From the NCBI GenBank assembly GCA_943355025.1, contig CALRDW010000002.1, positions 7,252 to 71,251 on the forward strand: a stretch of 64,000 bases of DNA. The letters run 5' to 3'. The stretch comes from Candidatus Magasanikiibacteriota bacterium (GTDB lineage Bacteria > Patescibacteriota > Patescibacteriia > Magasanikbacterales > 2-02-FULL-50-9b). Numbering within the stretch: the stretch's first letter is position 1; every line of letters starts with the position of its first letter. The notes beneath the pieces were generated by a model, which saw nothing but the letters and a program-made list of their open reading frames with translations, did no database searches and was not told where the DNA came from. Below, piece after piece: positions 28,974-37,349 of this stretch. Position numbers and translations under genes: made by a program.

Positions 28974-29148
28974 CAAACATGGGCAAACCCTGTTGGGAGC
29001 ATGGTTCAATTCCGTCGCGTGTCACTTATTTGTGGCTCACGACGGTTTTTTTATTTTGCAGCTCCGTTGACAAAAAACAATGTTTATACTAGTATCCAAA
29101 AAGAACTTTAACTGCCGCCACATTGTGTGGTCACACTCCGAGGACACG

Positions 29149-29562
29149 ATGAAGAACCGATTGAGTGTTCAATTGCGCAAAACGCCACGACTTCCGATGC
29201 CCTATGTCGTTTTCTATGAAAATGGCGAGGCGGTTCCACTTTTGTGTGTAACGTGGCAGACAGCGATGGCACGGCTCGACGAAATGTTCCGCATGCCGGA
29301 CAGTAAATTGTTTCGCGGTGATATGACATACGCCGAGGCGTATCACATCGCGTCGCTTCTCGAAAGTTTTCTTGAACTTGGGCTGGTCAAAGCGCGCGGC
29401 TTCATTGACGAGATGATCGAAGATCGTATCGCGCGCGGCATCTCAACTGATGTTGGCGACGCGGTGAGCGTGCTCGTTGTTCCGGTGCCGACTGCATCTG
29501 AAAAAATGGTGGCTGAAGATTATGCTGTAGGGGCAACTGGCGAAAAAAAATCTCAGTGGTGA
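29149..29562 (+). CDS. hypothetical protein (tandem paralog of 28296..28973)
   Basis: See previous entry. Start moved to ATG 29149. GC-rich. Confidence 0.35.
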   Translation: MKNRLSVQLRKTPRLPMPYVVFYENGEAVPLLCVTWQTAMARLDEMFRMPDSKLFRGDMTYAEAYHIASLLESFLELGLVKARGFIDEMIEDRIARGISTDVGDAVSVLVVPVPTASEKMVAEDYAVGATGEKKSQW

Positions 29563-29621
29563 AAGCTCAGGCGTAGAAGTTTGATAGCGTGCAATGGTAA
29601 CCTGATTGGTTGCTCTGCACG

Positions 29622-29818
29622 TTTTTTATTTTCAACAGAATTCGGAAGTTTATGAGTAGTTCAATACAGTGATTCAACATGCACCCAAAGAATTAAATAT
29701 TACTTCTCAGGGAGAGATGAACATGAGCTCCCGTCGAAGTAATATTTAATTCTTTGGGGATACGTTCATTCAGGTGTTATACTACTCCCATGCTTCCCAA
29801 TCCTTTTCAAAAACCTCT
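29622..29818 (+). repeat. copy 2 of the ~195-bp direct repeat / structured leader
   Basis: Arms cccaaagaattaaatattacttc (29684..29706) and gaagtaatatttaattctttggg (29736..29758) are perfect reverse complements. Inner stem gggag (29710..29714) / ctccc (29728..29732) surrounds the loop agatgaacatgag. TGTTATACT lies at 29775..29783 and the ATG at 29790. Confidence 0.7.
29775..29792 (+). promoter_or_regulatory. extended -10 promoter (TGnTATACT) positioned for a leaderless transcript starting at ATG 29790
   Basis: TG-T-TATACT, then 6 nt, then ATG. No Shine-Dalgarno is present. An identical arrangement is found at 2606..2623. Confidence 0.4.
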
Positions 29819-30992
29819 CACAGAGTTTAAAGACACAGATCCTCTTAAGAACAGAGAGATTGTTAGAGAACTTCTCGGACCAGAGGGAGTACATAAATAT
29901 AGAAAGATATTAGGAGACACTTCAGACCCTACTCCAAAGCGAGACAAAGAACTCTCTAAAGAAGATCTCCTTGCCATGGCGGCAGAAGCCCACTCTAAAA
30001 TAGATACACTGTCCAGAGACTCAGTAAAGCCAATCCTCGAGCGCCTCATAGAGCGCCAATACACTTCTCAGATCCAATCTCTGCAAGAGATTGGATTCCT
30101 AGAACCTCTCGTACCACAAAAAAAGAAAGGCTTTACCATTTTCAAATCAAAAGAACCAGAAGAAACTACACCAGAGAAACTAGGGGCTACAGACATCCTC
30201 GGTACCTTCCGAGAAGTTCCAACCGAAGAAGCCATCAAAAATCACTTCCTCTCCATTCCTAACATCAAACAAAAGATAGATCAAGGATTCACCCGACTTC
30301 TCATCGTTCCATTCGGAACTTCTCTCGACACCCTCCGCTCTAAAACAGGAGAGCTTATCAAGAAGCATAAGAAAGAAAACAAACTTCTCGCAGAAGATGG
30401 AACAGAATTAGAACTCGACACTACAACACCACTCTGGGCATGGGACGGCTATAACAACGCAGACAAGAGCGGGAAACTCGTCTATTACCCAGAGCAATTC
30501 AATAAAGAAAATCACAACGGTACAACTAAAACAGAACTCCTTTCGTCCACCCCGTCAAACCAAGCAAACTCTTCCACACCAAACACCAATCCATTCCCCG
30601 GCTACCATATTCTTCTTATTCAGGAAGACACACAGATTCCACGAGAAGGAAAGGGAACAGCAAAAGCAGGGAGAGATAAAATAGAAGCAGGTAAGTCTCC
30701 AAACGACTATTTAGAACTTCTAAGAACTGATCCTAACTACTCAAAAGAACTCGGTCTCACTCCAGAAGATTGGCTCACTCTCTTTGCAACGAATCTTAAT
30801 CAGAAGAACAAAGTTATTAATGACTGGCAGTCAAATAAAGACAGTATTAATTATCTAGTCGGTAGTTATTTTCCAGATTCTGACGACGTCCCGAACGCGT
30901 GCTGGGACCGTGGCGCTCGGCGGGCGCACTTGTACGGGGGCGAGCCGACGAACGCGTACGAGCATTTTGGCGTTGCTGGCGCGGTGGGGTGA
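29790..30992 (+). CDS. hypothetical protein; second member of the paralog family (see 48..884)
   Basis: Homology blocks listed under 48..884. The ATG at 29790 (MLPNPFQKP) is the one conserved in both repeat copies; track start 29754 lies inside the structured element. The last ~130 nt (DDVPNACWDRGARRAHLYGGEPTNAYEHFGVAGAVG) are sharply GC-rich, unlike the rest of the gene. Confidence 0.5.
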   Translation: MLPNPFQKPLTEFKDTDPLKNREIVRELLGPEGVHKYRKILGDTSDPTPKRDKELSKEDLLAMAAEAHSKIDTLSRDSVKPILERLIERQYTSQIQSLQEIGFLEPLVPQKKKGFTIFKSKEPEETTPEKLGATDILGTFREVPTEEAIKNHFLSIPNIKQKIDQGFTRLLIVPFGTSLDTLRSKTGELIKKHKKENKLLAEDGTELELDTTTPLWAWDGYNNADKSGKLVYYPEQFNKENHNGTTKTELLSSTPSNQANSSTPNTNPFPGYHILLIQEDTQIPREGKGTAKAGRDKIEAGKSPNDYLELLRTDPNYSKELGLTPEDWLTLFATNLNQKNKVINDWQSNKDSINYLVGSYFPDSDDVPNACWDRGARRAHLYGGEPTNAYEHFGVAGAVG

Positions 30993-31218
30993 ATTAAACT
31001 TTAATTTTTCATTCTTTCTTTAACTTTTATTTTTATTTTTACGGCGAAAAGTAACCTGCTGTGATGTAGGCTGCCGTAAATTCCGACGCTAGAGCAGTGT
31101 GGAAATTGTAAATATAAATATATTTTTACACCACTGAAGCCTAGGAGCAAAAGTAATTATAATCCCCACCGCTCCGTTGTGAAAAACATAAATCAACAGT
31201 AGTTGAGATTTCGGCAGA

Positions 31219-31248
31219 TTGACAAAAAGATAAAAGGATGCTAATCTC
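31219..31248 (+). promoter_or_regulatory. sigma70-like promoter for the 31328 gene
   Basis: TTGACA (31219..31224), 18-nt spacer, TAATCT (31243..31248). Confidence 0.4.
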
Positions 31249-31327
31249 CGAATCGCTTCTGCTCTGCGCTGTGCACGCTGAAGTGGTCGGTTTAGGTCCT
31301 ACACAATTGGTTTTTGAGGAGAGTACG

Positions 31328-31999
31328 ATGGCAGGCCAGGAAAAAATTAATGGCGAGAATCCGGAGGTGTATTTTGCCGCGTGCTCCGCGGGACATCCGA
31401 AGCATCCGGATGGGCGATGTACGCCACACAAGTTTTCGATCGAGTTTTTCCCATTTGGAAGCAAGCTGTTTCCCGGTGAGCCAGTTGTGCTGCTTAACGA
31501 TGGTTTTAACATCGTTGACTTTAGTCCATCGTGGTCAAAGAGTAGCGCGATCGAATTGATTCGTCGGCTGACGAATTTACCGTGCGGCGGAAGCATCGAA
31601 CCATCGGATGTGATCGAGCTGGAAAAAAAGTTGGACACCTGGGATATGCCCCAAGAGGCAACCTTGTCCGATAAGTTGTATGCAGCTCATTGCGTTACTC
31701 TAAAGAACCATCGAGCCATCTGTGCAAAAATCAAAAGTCTTGAGCTGAGTTTGGGCGGTATGGCTGAGTCGTTTGATGGTATAAAACAACTCATCGCCAA
31801 CGCACAGGCAGCTACAGAACAGCAGATTAGCGTACTCCAAGCCAGCAATGATAATCTTACGACGAAGAATGCGCAACTCGAAGACGAACTACGGCGCGTT
31901 CGTACGGCGAATGAACTAGCTCATCAGGCCAATCGAGAGCTGAGGGCGCAGCTCGGCGCTCACACAGAAATCGAAGGATGTAGATCTTGGAACGAATAA
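31328..31999 (+). CDS. hypothetical protein with C-terminal coiled coil
   Basis: Start moved to ATG 31328 (MAGQEKING). Cys/His-rich N-terminal half (CSAGHPKHPDGRCTPH). C-terminal heptad-like QQISVLQASNDNLTTKNAQLEDELRRVRTANELAHQANRELRAQL. GC-richer than background. Confidence 0.4.
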   Translation: MAGQEKINGENPEVYFAACSAGHPKHPDGRCTPHKFSIEFFPFGSKLFPGEPVVLLNDGFNIVDFSPSWSKSSAIELIRRLTNLPCGGSIEPSDVIELEKKLDTWDMPQEATLSDKLYAAHCVTLKNHRAICAKIKSLELSLGGMAESFDGIKQLIANAQAATEQQISVLQASNDNLTTKNAQLEDELRRVRTANELAHQANRELRAQLGAHTEIEGCRSWNE

Positions 32000-32014
32000 C
32001 ATAAACGAGGTAAT

Positions 32015-32064
32015 GCGCGCCCCAAATTGTTCTGCGGAACAAGGGTGGGCGCGCTGTTTTTATT
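32015..32064 (+). terminator. rho-independent terminator after 31328..31999, overlapping the stop codon of the convergent acyl-CoA synthetase gene
   Basis: gcgcgccc (32015..32022) / gggcgcgc (32047..32054) stem followed by tgtttttattt. Confidence 0.5.
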
Positions 32065-34039
32065 TCGCGATATTTTTTATTTCATTGAATATTTCTGAGT
32101 GCTGAATATGTGCGAGTGCGCCGACATCACGGCCGAGATACGCAGCAACGTATTTTTTTCGTGGAATTTTTCCAGATAATGTTCGAGGCGCCGCGGTAAT
32201 TATAAAAAATTCATCGGGCTTTGCAAGCGGATCGTATACTTCGCCAACACGGCGGCGAAGCCCGGGGATCGCCGCCTCAGCATCTGCTGTTGAAACTTCC
32301 GTGGCCGCAACAAGAAAACATACGATTTTTTGGCCCCATTCGTTGTGCGGAACTCCGATCGCAATAGCCTCTTTAATTAGATGCTCTGGCGCACTCGTGA
32401 GCGCCGCTTCGATTTTAACCGGATCAATCTTTACAGCTTTGCGTACGATTAAATCATCTGCGCGTCCCGTCAAAAACCAGTAACCATCCTCATCACTATA
32501 TCCACGATCACCGTGGCGCCACTCATTTTTATTTTCTGAAAAGTACGTCTCTTCAAAGAGACTCTGATTTTTAAAAAACCCACGCGACATCGAAGGAAAT
32601 GGTTTTCGGCACACAAGAAATCCCTCCTCATTTGTTTTTGCATCAATATCTTCGTCTGTTACGATTGCAACATCCATTCCAAGTCCGCGTGTGCCGACGC
32701 TTGAAATTTTTTGCGGCATAATCGGGAGCGGTGAAACAAAGCATCCGATCAATTCTGTGCCGCCAGAAATATTCATGATGGGGCAGCGGCTGCCACCTAT
32801 TTTTTCGAAAAACCATCGGTACTCTTTTTCGCCGAGCGGCATGCCGGTTGATCCGAGAATGCGTAGATCTGGAAAACGCGTGTTTTCGTATGCACCAGAA
32901 TGCATGAGCTGTGAAATTTGCGGTGGCGTTGTTCCAAAAATAGTAACGCGATAATCCGTCAGGATTCGTTCGAGTCTGTGGGGTTTTGGGTGGAGGAGCG
33001 AGCCAGTTGCGATTACAATCGTGCCGCAAAAAAAATGTACACCAACAAGTTCCCACGGCGCCATCATCCATCCGAAATCTGTTGTCCAAAAAAAGACATC
33101 ATTTTTTTCTGTTTGATAATCAAATATATATCCGATTTCTTTTGCAGTTTGCGCGATCACTCCACCATGCGTGTGCACAATCATTTTTTGTTTTCCGGTT
33201 GTACCGGAAGAAAATAAAATGAGCGCAACAGTTTCAGCGGCAAGATTTTTTGTCGCGGGCGTTTTTGTGTGCGCGCTGGCGACCAAAAATTGTTCCCACG
33301 TTTTTGTGTGCGCAAGATTTTTAAATGGAGTGTCGACTGCCGGAAAAATTATTTGTTCAAGATTATTTTCTGAGAGTAACGCGTGTGTGCGGTCAAGTGA
33401 AAAAATTCGTCCCGCGTTTTGATATCCGTTGTCAACAAAAATGACATGTGCGTCGCCAGCATGCGCAAATTCCGCAACTTGTTCTGCACCAAGACGCGGA
33501 GAAATTTGCATGACTGCGACGCCGAGTTTAAAACCCGCATACATGAGTGCAACAGACTCTGGCGAGAGGCTCATACAGGAACATATCACGTCGCCAGAAG
33601 AAATTCCTCGTGCCGTGAGCCCTCGTGCGACCTCGTCAATTTTTTGTGCGAGCCTTGTATAAGTTATGGTTTCATTAACGCCGTTTTCTGTATCAAAAAT
33701 GAGCGCGACCGCATCGCCTCGACCTTCTGCATTGTGTCGGTCGACACAATTATCCGTAATATTTAATTCACCGCCGCTGAACCAGGTTGCGCGTGAAAAA
33801 CCGCCAGAGGCATCAAGAAGAGTGGTGTATGGTTTTTGCCACGAAACGCCGAGATCGTCGAGTGCTGCGCGCCAAAACCACTCAGTATTGTTGCATGATC
33901 GGTTGACGAGTTCTTGCCAGCTTGCAATAGTGTGTGTACGTATGAAACGAGCGACGCGGCTCGTCTCCAGCAGCTCTTTTGTTGGTTGCCACACGAATTT
34001 ATGCATAAGAATTGGCTTAATGCTACCAAATATGTACAA
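32060..34039 (-). CDS. AMP-forming acyl-CoA synthetase, acetoacetyl-CoA synthetase-like (Acs/AACS family)
   Basis: SSGTTGKQK AMP-binding motif. NCVDRH N-terminal block. KFVWQPTKELLETSRVARFI resembles the AACS N-terminus. 659 aa. Track start is TTG 34039; ATG 34006 (MHKFVWQP) is an alternative. Confidence 0.75.
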   Translation of the reverse strand: MYIFGSIKPILMHKFVWQPTKELLETSRVARFIRTHTIASWQELVNRSCNNTEWFWRAALDDLGVSWQKPYTTLLDASGGFSRATWFSGGELNITDNCVDRHNAEGRGDAVALIFDTENGVNETITYTRLAQKIDEVARGLTARGISSGDVICSCMSLSPESVALMYAGFKLGVAVMQISPRLGAEQVAEFAHAGDAHVIFVDNGYQNAGRIFSLDRTHALLSENNLEQIIFPAVDTPFKNLAHTKTWEQFLVASAHTKTPATKNLAAETVALILFSSGTTGKQKMIVHTHGGVIAQTAKEIGYIFDYQTEKNDVFFWTTDFGWMMAPWELVGVHFFCGTIVIATGSLLHPKPHRLERILTDYRVTIFGTTPPQISQLMHSGAYENTRFPDLRILGSTGMPLGEKEYRWFFEKIGGSRCPIMNISGGTELIGCFVSPLPIMPQKISSVGTRGLGMDVAIVTDEDIDAKTNEEGFLVCRKPFPSMSRGFFKNQSLFEETYFSENKNEWRHGDRGYSDEDGYWFLTGRADDLIVRKAVKIDPVKIEAALTSAPEHLIKEAIAIGVPHNEWGQKIVCFLVAATEVSTADAEAAIPGLRRRVGEVYDPLAKPDEFFIITAAPRTLSGKIPRKKYVAAYLGRDVGALAHIQHSEIFNEIKNIAK

Positions 34040-34072
34040 GAAAGGGAAGTTGTGTTAGACTCTTCAGTTGTT

Positions 34073-35191
34073 ATGACACCAAACAAAGTTTTTATTTTTG
34101 GTTACGCACGAACACCTTTTGGAAAATTTCAGGGTATTTTTAAGGATGTTTCGGCGCGAGACTTGGGCGCGGCCGCTGTTCGGGAGGCAATTATACGCGC
34201 TGGTGTTCCAGTCACAAACATTGACGCTGTTTATTTTGGAAATGCGCTTCAAGCACGCGGGGGACAAAATCCAGCGCGACAAATTTTGTTAGCAGCTGGA
34301 ATTCCGGAAACGGCTGCTGCTGAGACAATTAATAAAGTGTGTTCATCATCGCTCGCAGCGCTTGCACACGGGCTGCGTGAAATTCAGGATGGCCACGCAA
34401 CGTACGTTGTTGTTGGCGGCGTTGAAAGCATGAGCACTGCACCGTTTTTGAACGAGGATGGTTTGTCGGATGCATATGGGGAACACAAATCCATGGGTGA
34501 ACTTGCGGAAATTTTTGCGCAGGACAAAAAAATTTCTCGCGCTGATCAAGATGCGTGGGCCATTCGAAGTAATGCACGCGCGTATGCTGCGATGCAGAAC
34601 AATATTTTAAAAAAAGAAATTATACCGTTTGAACTCAAAGGTAAAATATTCGAGACTGATGAATGTGTTCGTGAATCGGCGCCAGAAAAAATAAAATCCT
34701 TGCCTCCAATCTTTGATGCATCGACCGGAATGATAACGGCGGCGTCAGCTTCTAAAATATGCGACGGTGCAGCAGCACTGGTGCTTGGCGGCGAGAACGC
34801 GCGAGAATTATTTTCTGCAGAGCCACTTGCCCGAGTTGTCGATGTTGTTTCATTTTCAACACGCCCCGCCGAATACACAGGCGCTCCTGTCGGCGCGATT
34901 CGTAAACTGTTAGAAAAAAATAATTTGCGCGTCGAGGAGATCGATGCATTTGAAATACATGAGGCGTTTGCAGCGACAGCTTGTTTCGCGGTGCGTGAGC
35001 TCGGAATTTCAGAGGCTCGTGTAAATATTTTTGGTGGTGCACTTGCAATCGGTCATCCGCTTGCGACGTCTGGTGCGCGACTCGTTGGCAGCCTAGCTCT
35101 TCGAATTGCTCGCGCTGAATGCACACGCGCAATCGCTGTAACGTGTAATGGCGGTGGCGAAGCCGTTGCCGCACTACTTGAAAAAATATGA
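34073..35191 (+). CDS. acetyl-CoA C-acetyltransferase (thiolase II)
   Basis: VFIFGYARTPFGKFQG N-terminus, the active-site Cys region NKVCSSSLAAL, and the C-terminal CNGGGEAVAALLEKI. Start moved to ATG 34073. Confidence 0.9.
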   Translation: MTPNKVFIFGYARTPFGKFQGIFKDVSARDLGAAAVREAIIRAGVPVTNIDAVYFGNALQARGGQNPARQILLAAGIPETAAAETINKVCSSSLAALAHGLREIQDGHATYVVVGGVESMSTAPFLNEDGLSDAYGEHKSMGELAEIFAQDKKISRADQDAWAIRSNARAYAAMQNNILKKEIIPFELKGKIFETDECVRESAPEKIKSLPPIFDASTGMITAASASKICDGAAALVLGGENARELFSAEPLARVVDVVSFSTRPAEYTGAPVGAIRKLLEKNNLRVEEIDAFEIHEAFAATACFAVRELGISEARVNIFGGALAIGHPLATSGARLVGSLALRIARAECTRAIAVTCNGGGEAVAALLEKI

Positions 35192-35871
35192 AAATAACAT
35201 ACGTAATTTCAACGATCAAATCATGGAATATCGATGCAGCACTCGAGCTGCAAAAGAATGATCTTGATCATAATTGGGTAATTATTTCAGACAAAAAAGA
35301 TTTGACTACCGAATCTCTTAAAGAATTAAATCCGCGATATATTTTTTTCCCACACTGGTCATGGATTATTCCGGAGGATATTTTTTCTACATACGAATGC
35401 GTTGTCTTTCATATGACAGACCTGCCGTATGGTCGTGGTGGGAGTCCTCTTCAAAATTTAATTGTGCGCGGACACGACAAAACTTTCGTGAGTGCGATTC
35501 GAGTTGTGCGCGAGATGGATGCGGGCGACGTCTATATGAAACAACCTGTTTCACTTGCGGGAACGGCTGATGATATTTTGCAGCGCGTATCAAAATGTTC
35601 GTTTGAAATGATTAAAGAAATAATTGTATCAGAACCAGTGCCATCGCCTCAGGTTGGCGACGTAACAGAGTTTAAACGACGCAAACCAGAAGAAGGATCG
35701 TTGGCACCACTTGCATCGCTGCAAGAAGTTTATAATCATATTCGGATGCTCGACGGCGAGGGGTATCCGCGCGCATTTTTAGAGACGGAACACATGCGTT
35801 TTGAATTTGAGGATGCGGAAATTACAAATGAGAAACTTGTTGCGCGAGTCACGATCAAGAAAAAAATATGA
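35188..35871 (+). CDS. formyltransferase-fold protein, putative sugar N-formyltransferase
   Basis: VVFHMTDLPYGRGGSPLQNLI matches the HxSLLPxxRG catalytic loop of Fmt/PurN/ArnA-N domains. 227 aa. Confidence 0.55.
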   Translation: MKITYVISTIKSWNIDAALELQKNDLDHNWVIISDKKDLTTESLKELNPRYIFFPHWSWIIPEDIFSTYECVVFHMTDLPYGRGGSPLQNLIVRGHDKTFVSAIRVVREMDAGDVYMKQPVSLAGTADDILQRVSKCSFEMIKEIIVSEPVPSPQVGDVTEFKRRKPEEGSLAPLASLQEVYNHIRMLDGEGYPRAFLETEHMRFEFEDAEITNEKLVARVTIKKKI

Positions 35872-36539
35872 AGAAAATAATTTTAGTTATTGCAGCGCAT
35901 CCGGATGACGAATTATTGGGCGTGGGCGCAACTCTTGCTGCGCATGTACGGGACGGCGACGATGTTTTTTGTGTAATCCTTGGTGAAGGAATGAATTCGC
36001 GTGAAGGCGCGCAGAGTGAAGAGCTTGCAGCGCTTCACGCCAACGCGCGCACGGCTGGTGCGATTATTGGTTTTAAGGAAATGTATTTTTGCAATGTACC
36101 TGACAACGCATTCGATACCGTTAGTTTACTTTCGATCACACAAAGGGTTGAAAAATATATCGCGGAAATTAAACCAGAAGTAATCTATACGCATCACGGT
36201 GGCGACCTCAACATTGATCACCGCCTAACGTTTCAGGCTGTACTCACAGCATGCCGACCCTGTAATGAACATGCTCCGCAGATTTTATATACATTTGAAA
36301 CTGTTTCGTCGACTGAATGGCAAAGCAAAGATGCACAACAATTTAAACCAACGTCGTATAAAAATATCGAAGCAACATTTGAAATTAAATTGCGCGCGCT
36401 TCGATGTTATGTTTCTGAGATGCGTGAGTTTCCACATTCACGATCGGAAAAAGGTCTCGAAGTTTTGGCGCAGTATCGCGGCATGGAATCGGGAATGCTT
36501 CTCGCTGAGGCATTTTGTCTTGTACGTCAAAAAATATGA
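35868..36539 (+). CDS. PIG-L/LmbE family N-acetyl-sugar deacetylase
   Basis: ILVIAAHPDDELLGVGATLA (the AHPDDE zinc-binding motif). 223 aa. Confidence 0.85.
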   Translation: MKKIILVIAAHPDDELLGVGATLAAHVRDGDDVFCVILGEGMNSREGAQSEELAALHANARTAGAIIGFKEMYFCNVPDNAFDTVSLLSITQRVEKYIAEIKPEVIYTHHGGDLNIDHRLTFQAVLTACRPCNEHAPQILYTFETVSSTEWQSKDAQQFKPTSYKNIEATFEIKLRALRCYVSEMREFPHSRSEKGLEVLAQYRGMESGMLLAEAFCLVRQKI

Positions 36540-37018
36540 ATCAGAAAAACAGCTTTATAGCACCACAATTAAATTTTCGCCGCGCGTGTTTGAGTGACTC
36601 AGACCGATTGCTTGGTTGGAGAAACGACCCAGATGCGCGCATCAATTTTTTTAATACCAATGAGGTTTCACAGGCTAATCATGAGGCATGGTTTTTTGAT
36701 GTTTTGCAAAATAAAAATCAGATTCTTTATATCATTGAGACACGGGGCTGTTTGCCGATTGGACAAATGCGTTTTGATATTGACGGAGAATGTGCAGAGA
36801 TTAGCATTACGATAGGAAAAAAATATCGTGGCCGCGGCTATGGCAGCGAAGCAATAAGGCAGGGGACACGGCTTTTTTTTCAAGAAAATATAGGTGTTAA
36901 GAGTATAATTGCACAGATAAAAAATATAAACGAGATCTCTATCCGCTCTTTCATTCGTGCTGGGTTTATGATGAGTGCCTCAATGGCTAATACAACAAAA
37001 TTGATTTTGATGAAATAA
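36536..37018 (+). CDS. GNAT family N-acetyltransferase (PseH-like size)
   Basis: ISITIGKKYRGRGYGSEAI is GNAT motif A (R/Q-x-x-G-x-G/A). ATGA start/stop overlap with the deacetylase gene. Confidence 0.6.
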   Translation: MNQKNSFIAPQLNFRRACLSDSDRLLGWRNDPDARINFFNTNEVSQANHEAWFFDVLQNKNQILYIIETRGCLPIGQMRFDIDGECAEISITIGKKYRGRGYGSEAIRQGTRLFFQENIGVKSIIAQIKNINEISIRSFIRAGFMMSASMANTTKLILMK

Positions 37019-37185
37019 TCTCTTTATTTTGAACGGCGGATCCGCAAATTTGTCGCGTACGTCGCTCTGGGATCACGAAGAAGTTTCATTTTTTGTTGCT
37101 GGTGGAACCCCGCTGCAGGCGCAAATTAATACGCAAACGAGGGCAACGATTGAGAGGTTGAGGTCTGGGCGAGGTAGTGCCCCGT

Positions 37186-37271
37186 CTTCGGCGTAGCCTG
37201 TTTAGCTGTATAATTAGCCCATAAATTGACCGATTCGCCCCGTTGACACAGAGGGTTGTTGTACTGTAAGC
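37186..37271 (+). promoter_or_regulatory. candidate promoter region for the str operon (perfect TATAAT at 37209..37214; TTGACA at 37243..37248)
   Basis: A perfect TATAAT with a TG two nt upstream but a poor -35. A second TTGACA is followed 16 nt later by TGTAAG. The 330-nt untranslated region upstream of rpsL is GC-richer than its surroundings. Confidence 0.3.
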
Positions 37272-37349
37272 TAGGCCAATCATTCCAAACTCATAAACTC
37301 TCATCTGCTGGACCCTCGGAATGTTTGGGCCCACAGAGTAACCAATTGT

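Noticed and set aside
28470-29009. Several minus-strand ORFs (28470..28721, 28625..29002, 28755..29009) and plus-strand ORF 28579..29070 overlapping the island-2 hypothetical gene
   Set aside because: Mutually overlapping in high-GC DNA, where long spurious ORFs are expected. The 28296..28973 frame is preferred because of its paralogy with 29149..29562.
31011-31060. Hairpin tttacggc...gccgtaaa preceded by a T-rich run downstream of 29790..30992
   Set aside because: The T-run precedes the stem on the + strand and becomes an A-run on the - strand, so it is not a canonical intrinsic terminator in either orientation. Noted only as a palindrome.
31141-31638. 165-aa minus-strand ORF across the island-2 intergenic region and the 5' end of 31328..31999
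   Set aside because: Spans the AT-rich promoter region containing a consensus TTGACA/TAATCT pair for the opposite strand. There is no start context.
32643-33089. 148-aa antisense ORF and multiple + strand ORFs (32691..33766) within the acyl-CoA synthetase gene
   Set aside because: They lie inside a 659-aa ORF carrying canonical AMP-binding motifs. Antisense and frame-shadow ORFs only.
37080-37200. GC-rich untranslated stretch upstream of rpsL, considered as a possible small ncRNA (SRP RNA, tmRNA, 6S, RNase P)
   Set aside because: None of the diagnostic motifs I know for these RNAs is present (SRP domain-IV GGAA/AGCAG symmetrical loop, tmRNA tag ORF/CCA end, RNase P GNAANNUGGGCAGG). Treated as an operon leader/promoter region only.
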